From NCBI GenBank assembly GCA_043803945.1, contig JAZDJN010000080.1:1-64000 (forward strand): DNA of 64,000 nucleotides, read 5' to 3'. Each line of letters begins with the position of its first letter. The stretch's first letter is position 1. The position numbers were made by a program, and so were the translations under genes. The notes beneath the pieces were generated by a model that saw nothing but the letters and a program-made list of their open reading frames with translations, searched no databases and was not told the origin of the DNA. Shown piece after piece: positions 51,366-62,049 of this stretch. Origin of the DNA: a bacterium (lineage in GTDB: Bacteria; Bacteroidota; Ignavibacteria; UBA10030).

Positions 51366-52616
51366 CTATTTTGTGAGAATCATTTTTTTTGTTTGAATAG
51401 TATTTCCTGAATGGAGTGTATAAAAATAAATTCCGCTTGATAATCTGTGCGCATCAAATGTCGTTTGATATGTTCCAGCTTCCATACATTCGTCTACCAG
51501 CGCTGCCACTTCCCTGCCGAAAACATCAAATACTTTGAGTGATACAACTCCTGCGCTTGGAATGTGAAATTCGATCTTCGTTGTGGGATTGAACGGGTTC
51601 GGATAATTCTGAGACAGGGTATACTGGTACGGCAGATCAGCAGCGGTTTGAGCAATGCCGGTAGCACTGGCATATTTATACATCGATAATGAACTCCCTG
51701 CAATAGTCTGCAAATATGCCGAGCCATCTGACGTGGCAAAAAATTGTCGTACGCCTGTGGTACCGCTTAATCCAAGTCCGGCTGATACATCAGTGAATGT
51801 ACTTCCGTAATCGCTCGAAACCTTTACGTAACTTGTACTCCACGTAAAAAGGCGATTACTCATGTCGACAAAAAATGGTCCAGGGGAATTTGTGTTACTC
51901 CAGGTTGTTCCACCGTCTTTTGACACATACAAAACGGAACGATCATAATCCGATGCATAGACGAAACCATTAGGCCCTCCCAAAATTTTGGAGGAGTTAA
52001 AAGTGGAAGTGAGCGAACTCCAGCTTGTTCCACCGTCTTTGCTTTTCATTAACTTGTTATCACTTGTTGCTGCATATAACGCTGTTCCAGCATACGTCAT
52101 ACACTTAGGAGTAATTGCGGTGGAGGGTTTGCTCCAGGTAAGTCCATCATCAACCGTTTTGACGGGATTGGCGAGACCTGCAAAATTATACAGATAAAAA
52201 GTTCCTGACGGCCCCTCAAATCCGGCAACATTTGCCTGCAGGTTGGCAGCATCATCCACATCAGTCCATGTTGCTCCCTTGTCGGTACTCCTCATGATGT
52301 AGTATTTCATTGGAGAGTAATTCAATCGGTAGCCGATGAGGGTTCCGCTATTCAACACCCATAAACCATAGAAGCCACCAAGGGGCCAAGTTGTCAGGCT
52401 CGTTGTGATCGCAGACCATGAACCTGAACCCGATCTGCGTTGAAAACTTAATATCGAACCGATTACTCCATTGTGGGCATAAAGATCGGAGCCGGTGGCA
52501 GAAGCGGCAAAGTAACTGACGGTTGGTGGTGAGTTTAAATTGGTCCATTGTGCCTTTAACGTACTGCTCAAAGAGCAAATCGTGAACAGAATGAGGTACG
52601 GTATAAAACGTTTCAT
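51366..52616 (-). CDS. Asp-box propeller protein with T9SS CTD
   Basis: S.DGG..W repeats; signal peptide; NYPNPFNP. Confidence 0.85.
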   Translation of the reverse strand: MKRFIPYLILFTICSLSSTLKAQWTNLNSPPTVSYFAASATGSDLYAHNGVIGSILSFQRRSGSGSWSAITTSLTTWPLGGFYGLWVLNSGTLIGYRLNYSPMKYYIMRSTDKGATWTDVDDAANLQANVAGFEGPSGTFYLYNFAGLANPVKTVDDGLTWSKPSTAITPKCMTYAGTALYAATSDNKLMKSKDGGTSWSSLTSTFNSSKILGGPNGFVYASDYDRSVLYVSKDGGTTWSNTNSPGPFFVDMSNRLFTWSTSYVKVSSDYGSTFTDVSAGLGLSGTTGVRQFFATSDGSAYLQTIAGSSLSMYKYASATGIAQTAADLPYQYTLSQNYPNPFNPTTKIEFHIPSAGVVSLKVFDVFGREVAALVDECMEAGTYQTTFDAHRLSSGIYFYTLHSGNTIQTKKMILTK

Positions 52617-52811
52617 ATATTTTTCTCCTGGGGTGTATGGTTATGAACCGTGTTAAAGATTATGTTTAGTCGTGAACGTATCGATGTCTTTGGAGGGTGC
52701 ATCAAGAAATTCATTTTACCGGACAGCTCGATTGCATCCATCGTCCCCTTATGTGAATCGCGGAGTGCAATATCTCTGTCGTTAATTTGATATTACTGGT
52801 TTCCGAATCAA

Positions 52812-52827
52812 TACCCCTTTCGGGGTA
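52812..52827. promoter_or_regulatory. NarL-like 7-2-7 palindrome, copy 2 (alternatively a terminator)
   Basis: TACCCCT-TT-CGGGGTA with the same AATCAA and TTTT flanks as 48961-48987. Confidence 0.55.
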
Positions 52828-52830
52828 TTT

Positions 52831-53505
52831 TTAGATGAGATTTTTCTGGAGCGCTACGCGGACGGCATTTGCGCGGGAATGAACATGGAGTTTTTTGTAG
52901 ATATTTTTGATGTGTGTTTTTACGGTATGCGGACTAATGAAGTTCTTCTTTGCCAGGGATCGACAGGTTTCACCATTCACAAGTCCTTGAAGTATTCCTT
53001 TTTCCCGATCGGAGAGTATAAATTCCACCGGAGATGACTCTGCGGAAAGGGAACCTGCCCGTTGTTGAACATGTCTTCGCGTAAATTCTAGAATTATTTT
53101 TGCAACGCTTTGTGACATCGGGGCACCGCCTTTATACAGCGAACGAACTGCGTCTACCAGGCTGTCAGGCGAATCATCTTTCAATAAATATCCAGAGGCT
53201 CCGGCTTGTATGGATTGAAAGATTTTTTGTTCGTCCTCGAACACCGTAAGCATGATCACTTCGATGTCTGGATATAATTCCTTCACAGCAATGGTCGTTT
53301 CTATGCCGGACATTTTTGGCAGAGCAATATCCATAAGAATGATATCGGGAATTCTGCTCGGTGGTAGTTTTTTTAACCCATTTAACGCTGCTTCTCCCGT
53401 AGCATACGATGCGATCAATTGAATGTCTTTGTAAAACCGGAACATTTCTTTGAAACGGCTTCGAAGGGAAGCAACATCTTCAACAATGGCGATTTTTATT
53501 TTCAT
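52831..53505 (-). CDS. NarL/LuxR-family response regulator
   Basis: REC domain; LSDRE..ISPHTVKTHIKNIYKKL. Confidence 0.92.
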   Translation of the reverse strand: MKIKIAIVEDVASLRSRFKEMFRFYKDIQLIASYATGEAALNGLKKLPPSRIPDIILMDIALPKMSGIETTIAVKELYPDIEVIMLTVFEDEQKIFQSIQAGASGYLLKDDSPDSLVDAVRSLYKGGAPMSQSVAKIILEFTRRHVQQRAGSLSAESSPVEFILSDREKGILQGLVNGETCRSLAKKNFISPHTVKTHIKNIYKKLHVHSRANAVRVALQKNLI

Positions 53506-53559
53506 GGTTCATAGAACATACTTGACAGCATATCAACCGCAATCCCCCAAACGGGGTAA

Positions 53560-56500
53560 TTAACGATTTACTTGTAACGGTATGTGTACACTGACACACG
53601 CGCCAGCTCCAGATTGATGGGAATAGTGCATTGTACCGTTTAATTCTTTTGCGCGCCGTTCCATATTTGACAACCCTTGGCCGCTTAACAACGCTTTTTC
53701 TTTTGATTTTTTTGTTGTTCCGTCATCTTGAATAGCGACATCGAGTGCGTTTCCTTTCACACATATTTCTATCACAAGGTGTTTTGCATTCGAATGTTTA
53801 ATGACATTCGCCACCGCTTCCTGCACGATTCTGAACAGATTCAAAACCTGAATTGGTGTGAGAAGCCTTGTGTCCTTCTCATGGAACAGCATCTTGAATT
53901 GCAGGGTTCGCTTGTATTGCACTTGATGAGTGATGTATTCACGGACGGTTTCCGCAAACTGCGCTGTACTCATGGTATTTGTTTTCAAAGCCCAGATTGT
54001 TTCCCGGAGCTGTGCTATGCTTAATCGGGCATCTTTGGTCAGCGAACGCAATATGCGCTTTGTTTTCAACGGTGATTGACCGAGATGTTTTTCCGCCACA
54101 TCTAACCCAGTGATAATGCCGGCAAGGTTTGCGCCTGTACTATCGTGCAATTCGCGGGAGATGCGTTCCCGATCCGATTGGAGCTGTTGCTGATATTTTA
54201 TCTCGATCAGTTTTTGCTTTAACTTACGATTCGATAACTGTCTTGCACCGAAAACAGTACATGCAAATGCGAAACTCACCGTAATTCCAACGAACCATAT
54301 TTCATTCCAAAATGGAGGATGGACGAATATCGGTATGCGAAGCCTGTCGTCACTCCACTTGCCATTCTTCATTTTTGATCTCACAACAAACATATATTCC
54401 CCGGAGGAGAGATGTGTATAGTGCGCAGTCCGCTGATGTTCTGGAGGATATACCCAGTCATTATCGAACCCTTCAAGACGATATGTGTATTGCGTTGTCT
54501 TTTGCGCGCGATAGTTGAGAGCAATAAAATCGAGCGTTAATGCCTTATGCTCATAGGTAAGGTGAATTTCTTCCGGTAACGAGAATGAACCAGTAACAAT
54601 AGTTGTGTCTGAAATCAGAAGCGATTTGTAATTAATTTTTATGTCGGTAAGCATAAACGGCGGTTCCTCTGACGGGAAGTGAACACTTTCCGATTGAACC
54701 ATGAGAAGGCCCTTCACACCTCCAAAGAATAAATCACCCGCTGAATTTCTAGCATAGGCGTTTTGGGAAAATTCGGTAAACGATAAACCATCTGCAGCAC
54801 CAAAATTATAGAATTGTTCTTCGTCAGGATGCAAACACGAGAGCCCATCGTTTGTGCTCATCCAGAGATACCCGCGGTTGTCTTCGACAATCCCGTAGAC
54901 AACATCATCGATAAGCCCTTGCTGTGTTGAAAACCTTTTAAAACTGCCGGTGCCTCTGTCATATTTATTAATTCCGTTTCCGAGCGTTGTTACCCACATC
55001 CGTTGTTTTTTATCCTCATAACACGAACTGACAATATTGTAACTTAAACTCGACTCATTCTCTGACTCCGAGGTATACATTCGTTGTGAATGATTTTGCC
55101 CATTGACCACAATGACACCATACGAGGTGCTAACCCACATCTCCTTGTGAGAATCTTCTAAGAGGCTAATGATATACTTAATCTCTCTGGTTCGAGACAA
55201 ATTGTATAACCGCACGCGCTGAAATCTTTGACTCTTCGAATCGAACGTACAAAGTCCCGTTGTTGTTCCAATCCATACTGTCCCATCGCGGGATTCATAC
55301 ACAATGCTGATCTCGTTGCCGACCAAACTTGTTGAATCCCCGGCATCATGCAGAAAGTGTTTCCATTGCTGTGTTTTCAGGTTCAATACAAATACACCAT
55401 GGGGTCTTGTACCAATCCAGAGCTGACCTGTTCGATCCTCGATAAGTGAAGTAATCCGTTTGTCATCCAACTGGGGATGATGAAATTGCGATGCGGTAAT
55501 GCACGAAGTGTCGCCAGGATAGTTTGCCTTCCGTCGAGTATTCTTGCTGCAATGCATCATGAATAATCCTTTGCTCGACCCAACCCATAGCGTTGTATTG
55601 TGGTCTTCAAGAATTGACCACACCATTGCGTTGTTCTGCATGATATTCTTATTCATCGTACGAAATGCTTCAGCATACGTATCATAAATATTCACATCTC
55701 CATATAATGTTCCAATCCAGAGCAAACCGGATTGATCATTATAGAACGTCAGCACTTTATCGGAACTGAGCCCGTCTGGATGCTGAGGATCTTCACGCAA
55801 ATGAATCGTCTCTCCATTGGCCTGAAGAATAGAAACGCCTTTATTTGTCGCCAACCATATTCTTCCTTTTCCGTCTTTACAAAGCGCATTGATGGATACA
55901 TTGTTATTATGCTTCAACGCGGTTTTTGTGAACTGCTTGATTTGACGGTTAAAGGACCAAAGGCCAGAGTCCGTGCCAAGCCAATAGGTATTACCATCGG
56001 GAAGAATGGAAATGATTTTTGAGAACACAGGTAATGTATAGTGTGATTCGACCGCCTTCTGCGATACAACATAGAGAGCGTTCCCTTTGCTGACAATAAT
56101 ACACTCATTCTTGTCGTATGCAATACATGACACTGAATCACTAAGAAGAGACTGATGAATTTGATAATCATCAAAGGAATAAAGAACATAGCAATGATTA
56201 TCTGTCGAAAAATAAACCTCACCGGATGGCATACAGATTACCTGATGGATTCTCTGATGAAAAGAGTTTATTGCAATATCTTCGAAGAAAAAGTGGCGAA
56301 ACGTTTGTGTTTTTTTATCAAAGCGGTTTAATCCGTGCCGCGTACCGACCCAAATGTACCCGCTGGAATCTTCAGCAAGCGAGATGATAAAATTGTCGGA
56401 GAGTGAGAGGGAATCATTATGAATATGTTTGTAAGCTTTACAGCGTTCCCCGTCGTACCGGTTCAACCCACCCTGCGTCCCGATCCACATGAATCCTTCA

Positions 56501-56655
56501 CGGTCTTTGAGTATTGCATAAACGGAATTTTCAGAGAGACCGTTCGCGGCAGTTACGTGATTAAAGACAAAATCTTGTGCGCGGGAAGGAGTGCAGAGAA
56601 AACAGAACAGAAATATTTTCCAACACTTCGTATGAAGTGTACCGCTGTAATGCAT
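53560..56655 (-). CDS. Beta-propeller/Y_Y_Y sensor kinase of HisKA_3 type
   Basis: Propeller repeats; RERISRELHD; QEAVANVIKHS; GQGLSNM. Confidence 0.92.
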   Translation of the reverse strand: MHYSGTLHTKCWKIFLFCFLCTPSRAQDFVFNHVTAANGLSENSVYAILKDREGFMWIGTQGGLNRYDGERCKAYKHIHNDSLSLSDNFIISLAEDSSGYIWVGTRHGLNRFDKKTQTFRHFFFEDIAINSFHQRIHQVICMPSGEVYFSTDNHCYVLYSFDDYQIHQSLLSDSVSCIAYDKNECIIVSKGNALYVVSQKAVESHYTLPVFSKIISILPDGNTYWLGTDSGLWSFNRQIKQFTKTALKHNNNVSINALCKDGKGRIWLATNKGVSILQANGETIHLREDPQHPDGLSSDKVLTFYNDQSGLLWIGTLYGDVNIYDTYAEAFRTMNKNIMQNNAMVWSILEDHNTTLWVGSSKGLFMMHCSKNTRRKANYPGDTSCITASQFHHPQLDDKRITSLIEDRTGQLWIGTRPHGVFVLNLKTQQWKHFLHDAGDSTSLVGNEISIVYESRDGTVWIGTTTGLCTFDSKSQRFQRVRLYNLSRTREIKYIISLLEDSHKEMWVSTSYGVIVVNGQNHSQRMYTSESENESSLSYNIVSSCYEDKKQRMWVTTLGNGINKYDRGTGSFKRFSTQQGLIDDVVYGIVEDNRGYLWMSTNDGLSCLHPDEEQFYNFGAADGLSFTEFSQNAYARNSAGDLFFGGVKGLLMVQSESVHFPSEEPPFMLTDIKINYKSLLISDTTIVTGSFSLPEEIHLTYEHKALTLDFIALNYRAQKTTQYTYRLEGFDNDWVYPPEHQRTAHYTHLSSGEYMFVVRSKMKNGKWSDDRLRIPIFVHPPFWNEIWFVGITVSFAFACTVFGARQLSNRKLKQKLIEIKYQQQLQSDRERISRELHDSTGANLAGIITGLDVAEKHLGQSPLKTKRILRSLTKDARLSIAQLRETIWALKTNTMSTAQFAETVREYITHQVQYKRTLQFKMLFHEKDTRLLTPIQVLNLFRIVQEAVANVIKHSNAKHLVIEICVKGNALDVAIQDDGTTKKSKEKALLSGQGLSNMERRAKELNGTMHYSHQSGAGACVSVHIPLQVNR

Positions 56656-56925
56656 AGTGCTCTTTTCGAATTAGTTCTCAATGATATAATTGCTACAAAA
56701 TCTTTAATGCACAGAGAATGTTGATGTTATTGAATTAAATGAATCTCTTAGTGACTCTGTGCTTGGGTGACTGTGCTTTTTCAGTGAGAACGAATTAGAT
56801 GCCTTTGTCTAAAGTAGAGAGCTCTGGTATGATTAGCAAGGAAAGAACGCTGAAATATGAAGATTCTTTCCTGAGTTTTGATTGTCGCTCGCTCTCGTCG
56901 GGGTTGAAGATGTTCGGATGTCACA

Positions 56926-57270
56926 TCACTTGTTCCTATCAAAGTGAGGAAGTTCAAAGGGAATCGGAAGACTCAACTCCACAAATCCCTTATAGAGTCC
57001 GTTCTCGAACCATGGCGACTGGTAAATAAATTTCTTCGCACCCTGTTTTTCGATGGTGTAGACATTGGGCTTTCCCGATTGAAGGAGCTCCATTAATTTT
57101 ATACGCGCCGGCAGCGGGTGGCAGTCCAGTACGTTCGTGCCGATCAGTTTCTCACCGCCATCCTCCCGGAATGTTTCAACTGAATGCTTATTCATTTCAA
57201 TGATGATGCCATTGGTATCGCAGACGGTGATCGCAGCCGGGAACTCTGTTATCCATTGATGTGAGGCCAT
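56926..57270 (-). CDS. Standalone PAS-domain protein
   Basis: AITVCD..G.I..MN, LIG.NVLDCHP, NVYTIEK. Confidence 0.75.
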   Translation of the reverse strand: MASHQWITEFPAAITVCDTNGIIIEMNKHSVETFREDGGEKLIGTNVLDCHPLPARIKLMELLQSGKPNVYTIEKQGAKKFIYQSPWFENGLYKGFVELSLPIPFELPHFDRNK

Positions 57271-57280
57271 AGTGACTTTC

Positions 57281-58174
57281 TTAGATGATGTATAATCGGT
57301 TTAAGGTTTTCAAGTTCTCTTTTGTAGTTATTGGTTGATCACTCGGTTCAGGCTCTGTCTCCTTATTTACGTTATGCTTGAGTTCATTTTTATCTCGGGT
57401 GTCGCTCCAACTCTTCCATACCTTATTAACATCATAAACAGTGTTTAAATGTTGTGATATGTTCCATCCCTTCGAAGCATTCTGAAATGCCCTTTTGACA
57501 TCTTCTGAATTCGCCATGACCATCCATCCTCGATCATCAATGTCTACAGTCGAGGCAAACTGTAACGCCGCTTCACGAAGCTCCATCAATCCGCAGTTTG
57601 CACAGTCACAGAGAATGCCAGCTAAATAGTCCTCGGGAAAGTCCGCTGGTTCTCCTAATAATCTCCGAAGGAAAGCCACAGCAGCATCTCTGCTCGATGG
57701 ATGAAAACGGTGCATCTGAATGATACCGCGGATGACGGCATCACGTGCAAATTTATCTACCGATGTGTCTTGTATAAACTTCCACAAGTCATCGAAGTAC
57801 CCGCAACCCAATCGCGCAAACGAAAGCCATATATGCTCTGTTAACGCATCAGCATAGAGATATCTCAAACTCGTTTCTGGCAGCCGGAGGCAATTGAGCA
57901 AATCTGGTATGATGGAGGAATCTTCCATCTCGGTTAAGAGAAAGATTGCATGGGAATCTGTTGCATCGAGAGGTTTTTCCAGATCTGGGTTACAACCCGT
58001 CGTTGCTCGGCGGGACAGTGCATCCCGCAGATACGGTTGAAAAAAATCTTTTTGCGAGAGTATCGCCTGGATTTCTTCTACGGTGAGATACCATCGAGTC
58101 CGTAGCGCATTACATAATTCTGTTTGTGTCATGGTATCGTGGTTTCTCTCTATGTCATTTATTGGTTGAGTCAC
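57281..58174 (-). CDS. Helical protein, DUF1186-like
   Basis: HAIFLL.E, D.LTE, V..FAR pattern. Confidence 0.5.
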   Translation of the reverse strand: MTQPINDIERNHDTMTQTELCNALRTRWYLTVEEIQAILSQKDFFQPYLRDALSRRATTGCNPDLEKPLDATDSHAIFLLTEMEDSSIIPDLLNCLRLPETSLRYLYADALTEHIWLSFARLGCGYFDDLWKFIQDTSVDKFARDAVIRGIIQMHRFHPSSRDAAVAFLRRLLGEPADFPEDYLAGILCDCANCGLMELREAALQFASTVDIDDRGWMVMANSEDVKRAFQNASKGWNISQHLNTVYDVNKVWKSWSDTRDKNELKHNVNKETEPEPSDQPITTKENLKTLNRLYII

Positions 58175-58539
58175 ACGTTCTTGAAACGAATATAATAAAA
58201 TGTTTTTAGAGTACTTATTATTGTTTAGCTATCACTCCTTTTCATCGTTGCTGTATTCATTGCTTCTCCTTCGCCTTTTCCTTAGTTTTACCCACCCTGA
58301 TTGTGCCGCATAGAGCGGTATAGTCGGGGTGAGGTGTTTTTTGTCGCGGAGAAAATCTGTTGAAATACGGAATGGGGAGTGTTAAATGGGAAACAGTCAG
58401 GCACGGAAGTTTTTCCAAGCGGAAATATTCCATGAGATGCATTGACAATTGTCGAGTGTCAAATGGCGATTGAACAACTACGTAACTATTTCCAATCGTC
58501 AATCGCACATCGGCAATCGGAAATTAAATCAGAATTACT

Positions 58540-61500
58540 ATGATTGAGACAATACAGAAACAAATCTTTTCAACTGAACAATTCCAGAAGCTCCGGGCGG
58601 CAGCGACAGGACACACAACGACCGAGCCGATCCAGATTACTGGTGTGAACGGTTCGTTGATGGCATTTTTAGCTGCATTTCAATTCCACGAGCGGCATTC
58701 CCAGGTTGTTCTCGTTGTCTCCGATGATAACAAATCGGAACAACTCCGTGACGACTGTGCTCTGCTCTGCGGCGATTCCGCAGTCCGGCTGTATGCCCAC
58801 GGCTCTGAACACAAAGCGGCACTGCTTGATATGACAGCTCCGGTGTCGCAGATCGAAACCCTGAAGGCTCTGACCAATAACAGCCAGGTCATTGTCATCT
58901 GCTCTGCAGAAGCTCTTGTCAGACAAATTCCACTGCCGAAAGAGTTCATCGCGAGATCCATTGAACTGGAGACGGGTAAAGACTATCCCTTTGAGACAGT
59001 ATTACAAACGCTCGCAACGTGGAGTTTCGAACGAAAGGATTTTGTTGAAGAGTATGGCGACTATGCTGTGCGTGGAGGGATCCTGGATATTTTTCCTTAT
59101 GTCGGCGAGAATCCTATTCGAATTGAATTTTGGGGCGATTCAATTGAATCAATCCGGGAGTTTGATGTCCTCTCACAGCGCTCGATTCGGGAATTACAAT
59201 CGGTAAGTATTGTTGCGAGTTTGGCAAGCTCCTCGCCCGATCAAGAATCAGGATCAACAACTCATCCGCCGCATTCTACCGCTTCTCTCTTCGACTACCT
59301 GAAGCCAAATGCACTGGTTATCATCGACGAGCCTCTCCTCATTCAAAAAGAAATCGACGAGCTCTTTCACGAAGGGCTTCAGCACATCCACGATTGGCGT
59401 CATCTGGAACAGGAATCCAAACGCTTCCAAATCATTGCTCATTCGACTTTTAATAGCCAATCGGCCACGATCGATTTTCGTTCCACGCCGCAGCCGCCCG
59501 TTCACGGCACTATTAAACTTCTCCTCCACCATCTTTCACGCTATACTGCCGATGGATGCTCTTCCTGGATTGCCTGCGATAGCGAGGACGAAGCGAAGCG
59601 AATTCAGGAGTTGATCGAAGAGGAGCTTACCACACCAGACGCACCTCAACCGGGTGAAGAATCACACTCCGCCATTCAACAATTGCCAATCATTGACTAT
59701 TCCATTCTCCAGGAAACTTTTCATTCCGGATTTGTGTATCCTCCAGCCAATCTGGTTCTCCTTACCGAGCATGAAATTTTTGGACGGTTGAAACGACGTG
59801 GCACTGCTCGAAAAAAGAGGTTTAAGGGATTCAGTCTCAAAGAGGCACATCAACTGCAGCGCGGTGATTATGTGGTTCACGTTGACCATGGCATCGGAAA
59901 ATTCACCGGACTGCAGAAGCTGAAAATCCATGGCGTTGAACAGGAAGTGATGCGGGTAAACTATGCCGAGAATGATGTGCTGTACGTCAATCTGAATTTT
60001 GTGAACCGTGTCCAGAAATATGCTTCGCAGGAAGGGCATGTCCCCAAGCTTTCCAAGCTCGGTGCGCCCGATTGGGACCGGTTGAAGTCAAAGGCACGCA
60101 AACACATTCAGGATATTGCGCGGGACCTTATTGCACTTTATGCACGGAGAAAGCTTGAGCAGGGATATGCCTTTGCACCCGACACACACTGGCAGAAAGA
60201 GATGGAAGCTTCATTCATGTATGAGGATACTCCCGACCAGGCAAAGGCAACGATTGATGTGAAGCTTGATATGGAGCAATTGTCGCCAATGGACCGCCTT
60301 ATCTGCGGCGATGTCGGGTTTGGCAAAACCGAAGTCGCCGTACGGGCTGCGTTCAAGGCTGTTATGAGCGGCAAACAGGCAGGCATTCTGGTACCGACAA
60401 CAATTCTTGCCCAGCAGCATTACAATACCTTCATTGACCGTCTTGGACGGTACTCTGTTCGTGTTGAGTCACTCTCACGATTTAAATCGAAGTCGGAACA
60501 AAAGGCAATCCTGGCCGGCCTGAACGATGGGAAAGTTGATATCCTGATCGGAACGCATCGATTGCTCTCAAAGGATGTCGAGTTCAAGAATTTTGGACTG
60601 CTCATTATCGACGAAGAACATCGGTTCGGTGTCTCTGCGAAGGAGAAGCTTCGGCGTCTGCGGGCAACGGTCGACACGATGACGCTTACGGCAACACCCA
60701 TCCCCCGCACGCTACAGTTTTCCCTGATGGGTGCGCGTGATCTTTCGATCATCAATACGCCGCCGCGTAACCGGCTGCCGATCATAACAGAGATTGCTCA
60801 ATTCGAATTTCCACTGGTTCGCGAGGCCATCCTCAAAGAGCTCCACCGCGGAGGCCAGATTTATTTTATTCATGACAGGATTCACGATATAGAAGAATGG
60901 CAGACCGTGCTTTCCCTCAGAATTCCCGAAGCCCGATTCCATGTTGCCCATGGCCAGATGAAGGGGCATGAATTGGAAAAGGCAATGATGGATTTTCTTG
61001 AAAAGAAATTCGATGTCCTGCTCTGCACCAAGATTATCGAGTCAGGAATCGATATTCCAAGCGTCAACACAATTATCATCAATCGTGCCGACCGGTTTGG
61101 GCTGGCTGAGCTTTATCAACTGCGCGGACGCGTGGGCCGCTCGAATGAACAAGCCTATGCCTATCTGCTGACCCCGCCGTTATCCAGTCTGCCGCGACAA
61201 ACATTGCGAAGGCTTTCGGCTATCCAGGAATTTACCGAGCTGGGTTCCGGATTTAATCTTGCAATGCGTGATCTGGAGATCCGCGGTGCCGGCAACCTGC
61301 TCGGCGCTGAGCAGTCAGGATTCATACTGGAGATGGGGTTTGAGATGTACCAACGCATTGTGGAAGAAGCGGTAGCGGAGCTGAAAGAAAAGGAATTTGC
61401 AGGGACCTTTGAAGGAGAGGCGGGAGATGGTAGAAGGGAAACGGTAGAAGGTAAACGAGAAAAAGAGACGATTATTGAAGCGAACATCGAGGGCTACATT

Positions 61501-61971
61501 CCTGATCTCTACATTGAATCCGATGCCGAGCGGCTGGATTTCTACCGGCGGTTGTATCGAGTTCACACGCTTGAAGATGTTCAATCGATGCGGGAAGAAT
61601 TGCGTGACAGGTTCGGCGAGTACCCTGAGGAGGTTGAGAATCTCTTTGGCATCGTTGAACTGAAAACCATCGCCGCAAAGCTCGGTTTTATCAAAGTCGA
61701 ATTACAGCAGGATCAGTTGAAGCTGCACTTCCCTCCATCAGAAACAAAAGAGTTTTATGAACGGTGGGATGGAACAACAGCTCCCTTCCAGGCAATCATG
61801 GCAAAAGTAACGGAGTTAAAACAATACCGGGCACACCTGAAGCAGGATGGGAAACAGTTGAAGCTGGTAGCAAGAATAAAGCCAAGTGAAAAGCCGGCAG
61901 AGCGGCTGGGGGATGCGAAGTATTTCTTAACGATGCTGCTGGCAACGCTTTCAGAAACAATTACCCATTGA
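58540..61971 (+). CDS. mfd: Transcription-repair coupling factor Mfd
   Basis: GDYVVH.DHGIG, GDVGFGKTE, DEEHRFG, TATPIPR, QLRGRVGR, DLEIRGAGNLLG. Confidence 0.97.
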   Translation: MIETIQKQIFSTEQFQKLRAAATGHTTTEPIQITGVNGSLMAFLAAFQFHERHSQVVLVVSDDNKSEQLRDDCALLCGDSAVRLYAHGSEHKAALLDMTAPVSQIETLKALTNNSQVIVICSAEALVRQIPLPKEFIARSIELETGKDYPFETVLQTLATWSFERKDFVEEYGDYAVRGGILDIFPYVGENPIRIEFWGDSIESIREFDVLSQRSIRELQSVSIVASLASSSPDQESGSTTHPPHSTASLFDYLKPNALVIIDEPLLIQKEIDELFHEGLQHIHDWRHLEQESKRFQIIAHSTFNSQSATIDFRSTPQPPVHGTIKLLLHHLSRYTADGCSSWIACDSEDEAKRIQELIEEELTTPDAPQPGEESHSAIQQLPIIDYSILQETFHSGFVYPPANLVLLTEHEIFGRLKRRGTARKKRFKGFSLKEAHQLQRGDYVVHVDHGIGKFTGLQKLKIHGVEQEVMRVNYAENDVLYVNLNFVNRVQKYASQEGHVPKLSKLGAPDWDRLKSKARKHIQDIARDLIALYARRKLEQGYAFAPDTHWQKEMEASFMYEDTPDQAKATIDVKLDMEQLSPMDRLICGDVGFGKTEVAVRAAFKAVMSGKQAGILVPTTILAQQHYNTFIDRLGRYSVRVESLSRFKSKSEQKAILAGLNDGKVDILIGTHRLLSKDVEFKNFGLLIIDEEHRFGVSAKEKLRRLRATVDTMTLTATPIPRTLQFSLMGARDLSIINTPPRNRLPIITEIAQFEFPLVREAILKELHRGGQIYFIHDRIHDIEEWQTVLSLRIPEARFHVAHGQMKGHELEKAMMDFLEKKFDVLLCTKIIESGIDIPSVNTIIINRADRFGLAELYQLRGRVGRSNEQAYAYLLTPPLSSLPRQTLRRLSAIQEFTELGSGFNLAMRDLEIRGAGNLLGAEQSGFILEMGFEMYQRIVEEAVAELKEKEFAGTFEGEAGDGRRETVEGKREKETIIEANIEGYIPDLYIESDAERLDFYRRLYRVHTLEDVQSMREELRDRFGEYPEEVENLFGIVELKTIAAKLGFIKVELQQDQLKLHFPPSETKEFYERWDGTTAPFQAIMAKVTELKQYRAHLKQDGKQLKLVARIKPSEKPAERLGDAKYFLTMLLATLSETITH
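61723..61942 (+). repeat. Direct repeat copy A (mfd 3' coding segment)
   Basis: 220 bp matching 63392-63611; 61741-61871 identical to 63410-63540. Confidence 0.92.
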
Positions 61972-62049
61972 TCTATCTCCCTTTGCATTGGACGGAGTGA
62001 ATGAATTGTAATTCCTTCGCCATTTCAATATATTTATTCAAGCAATCGA

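Noticed and set aside
58257-58508. 83-aa minus-strand ORF upstream of mfd
   Set aside because: No recognisable motif, and it overlaps the probable mfd promoter and repeat region.
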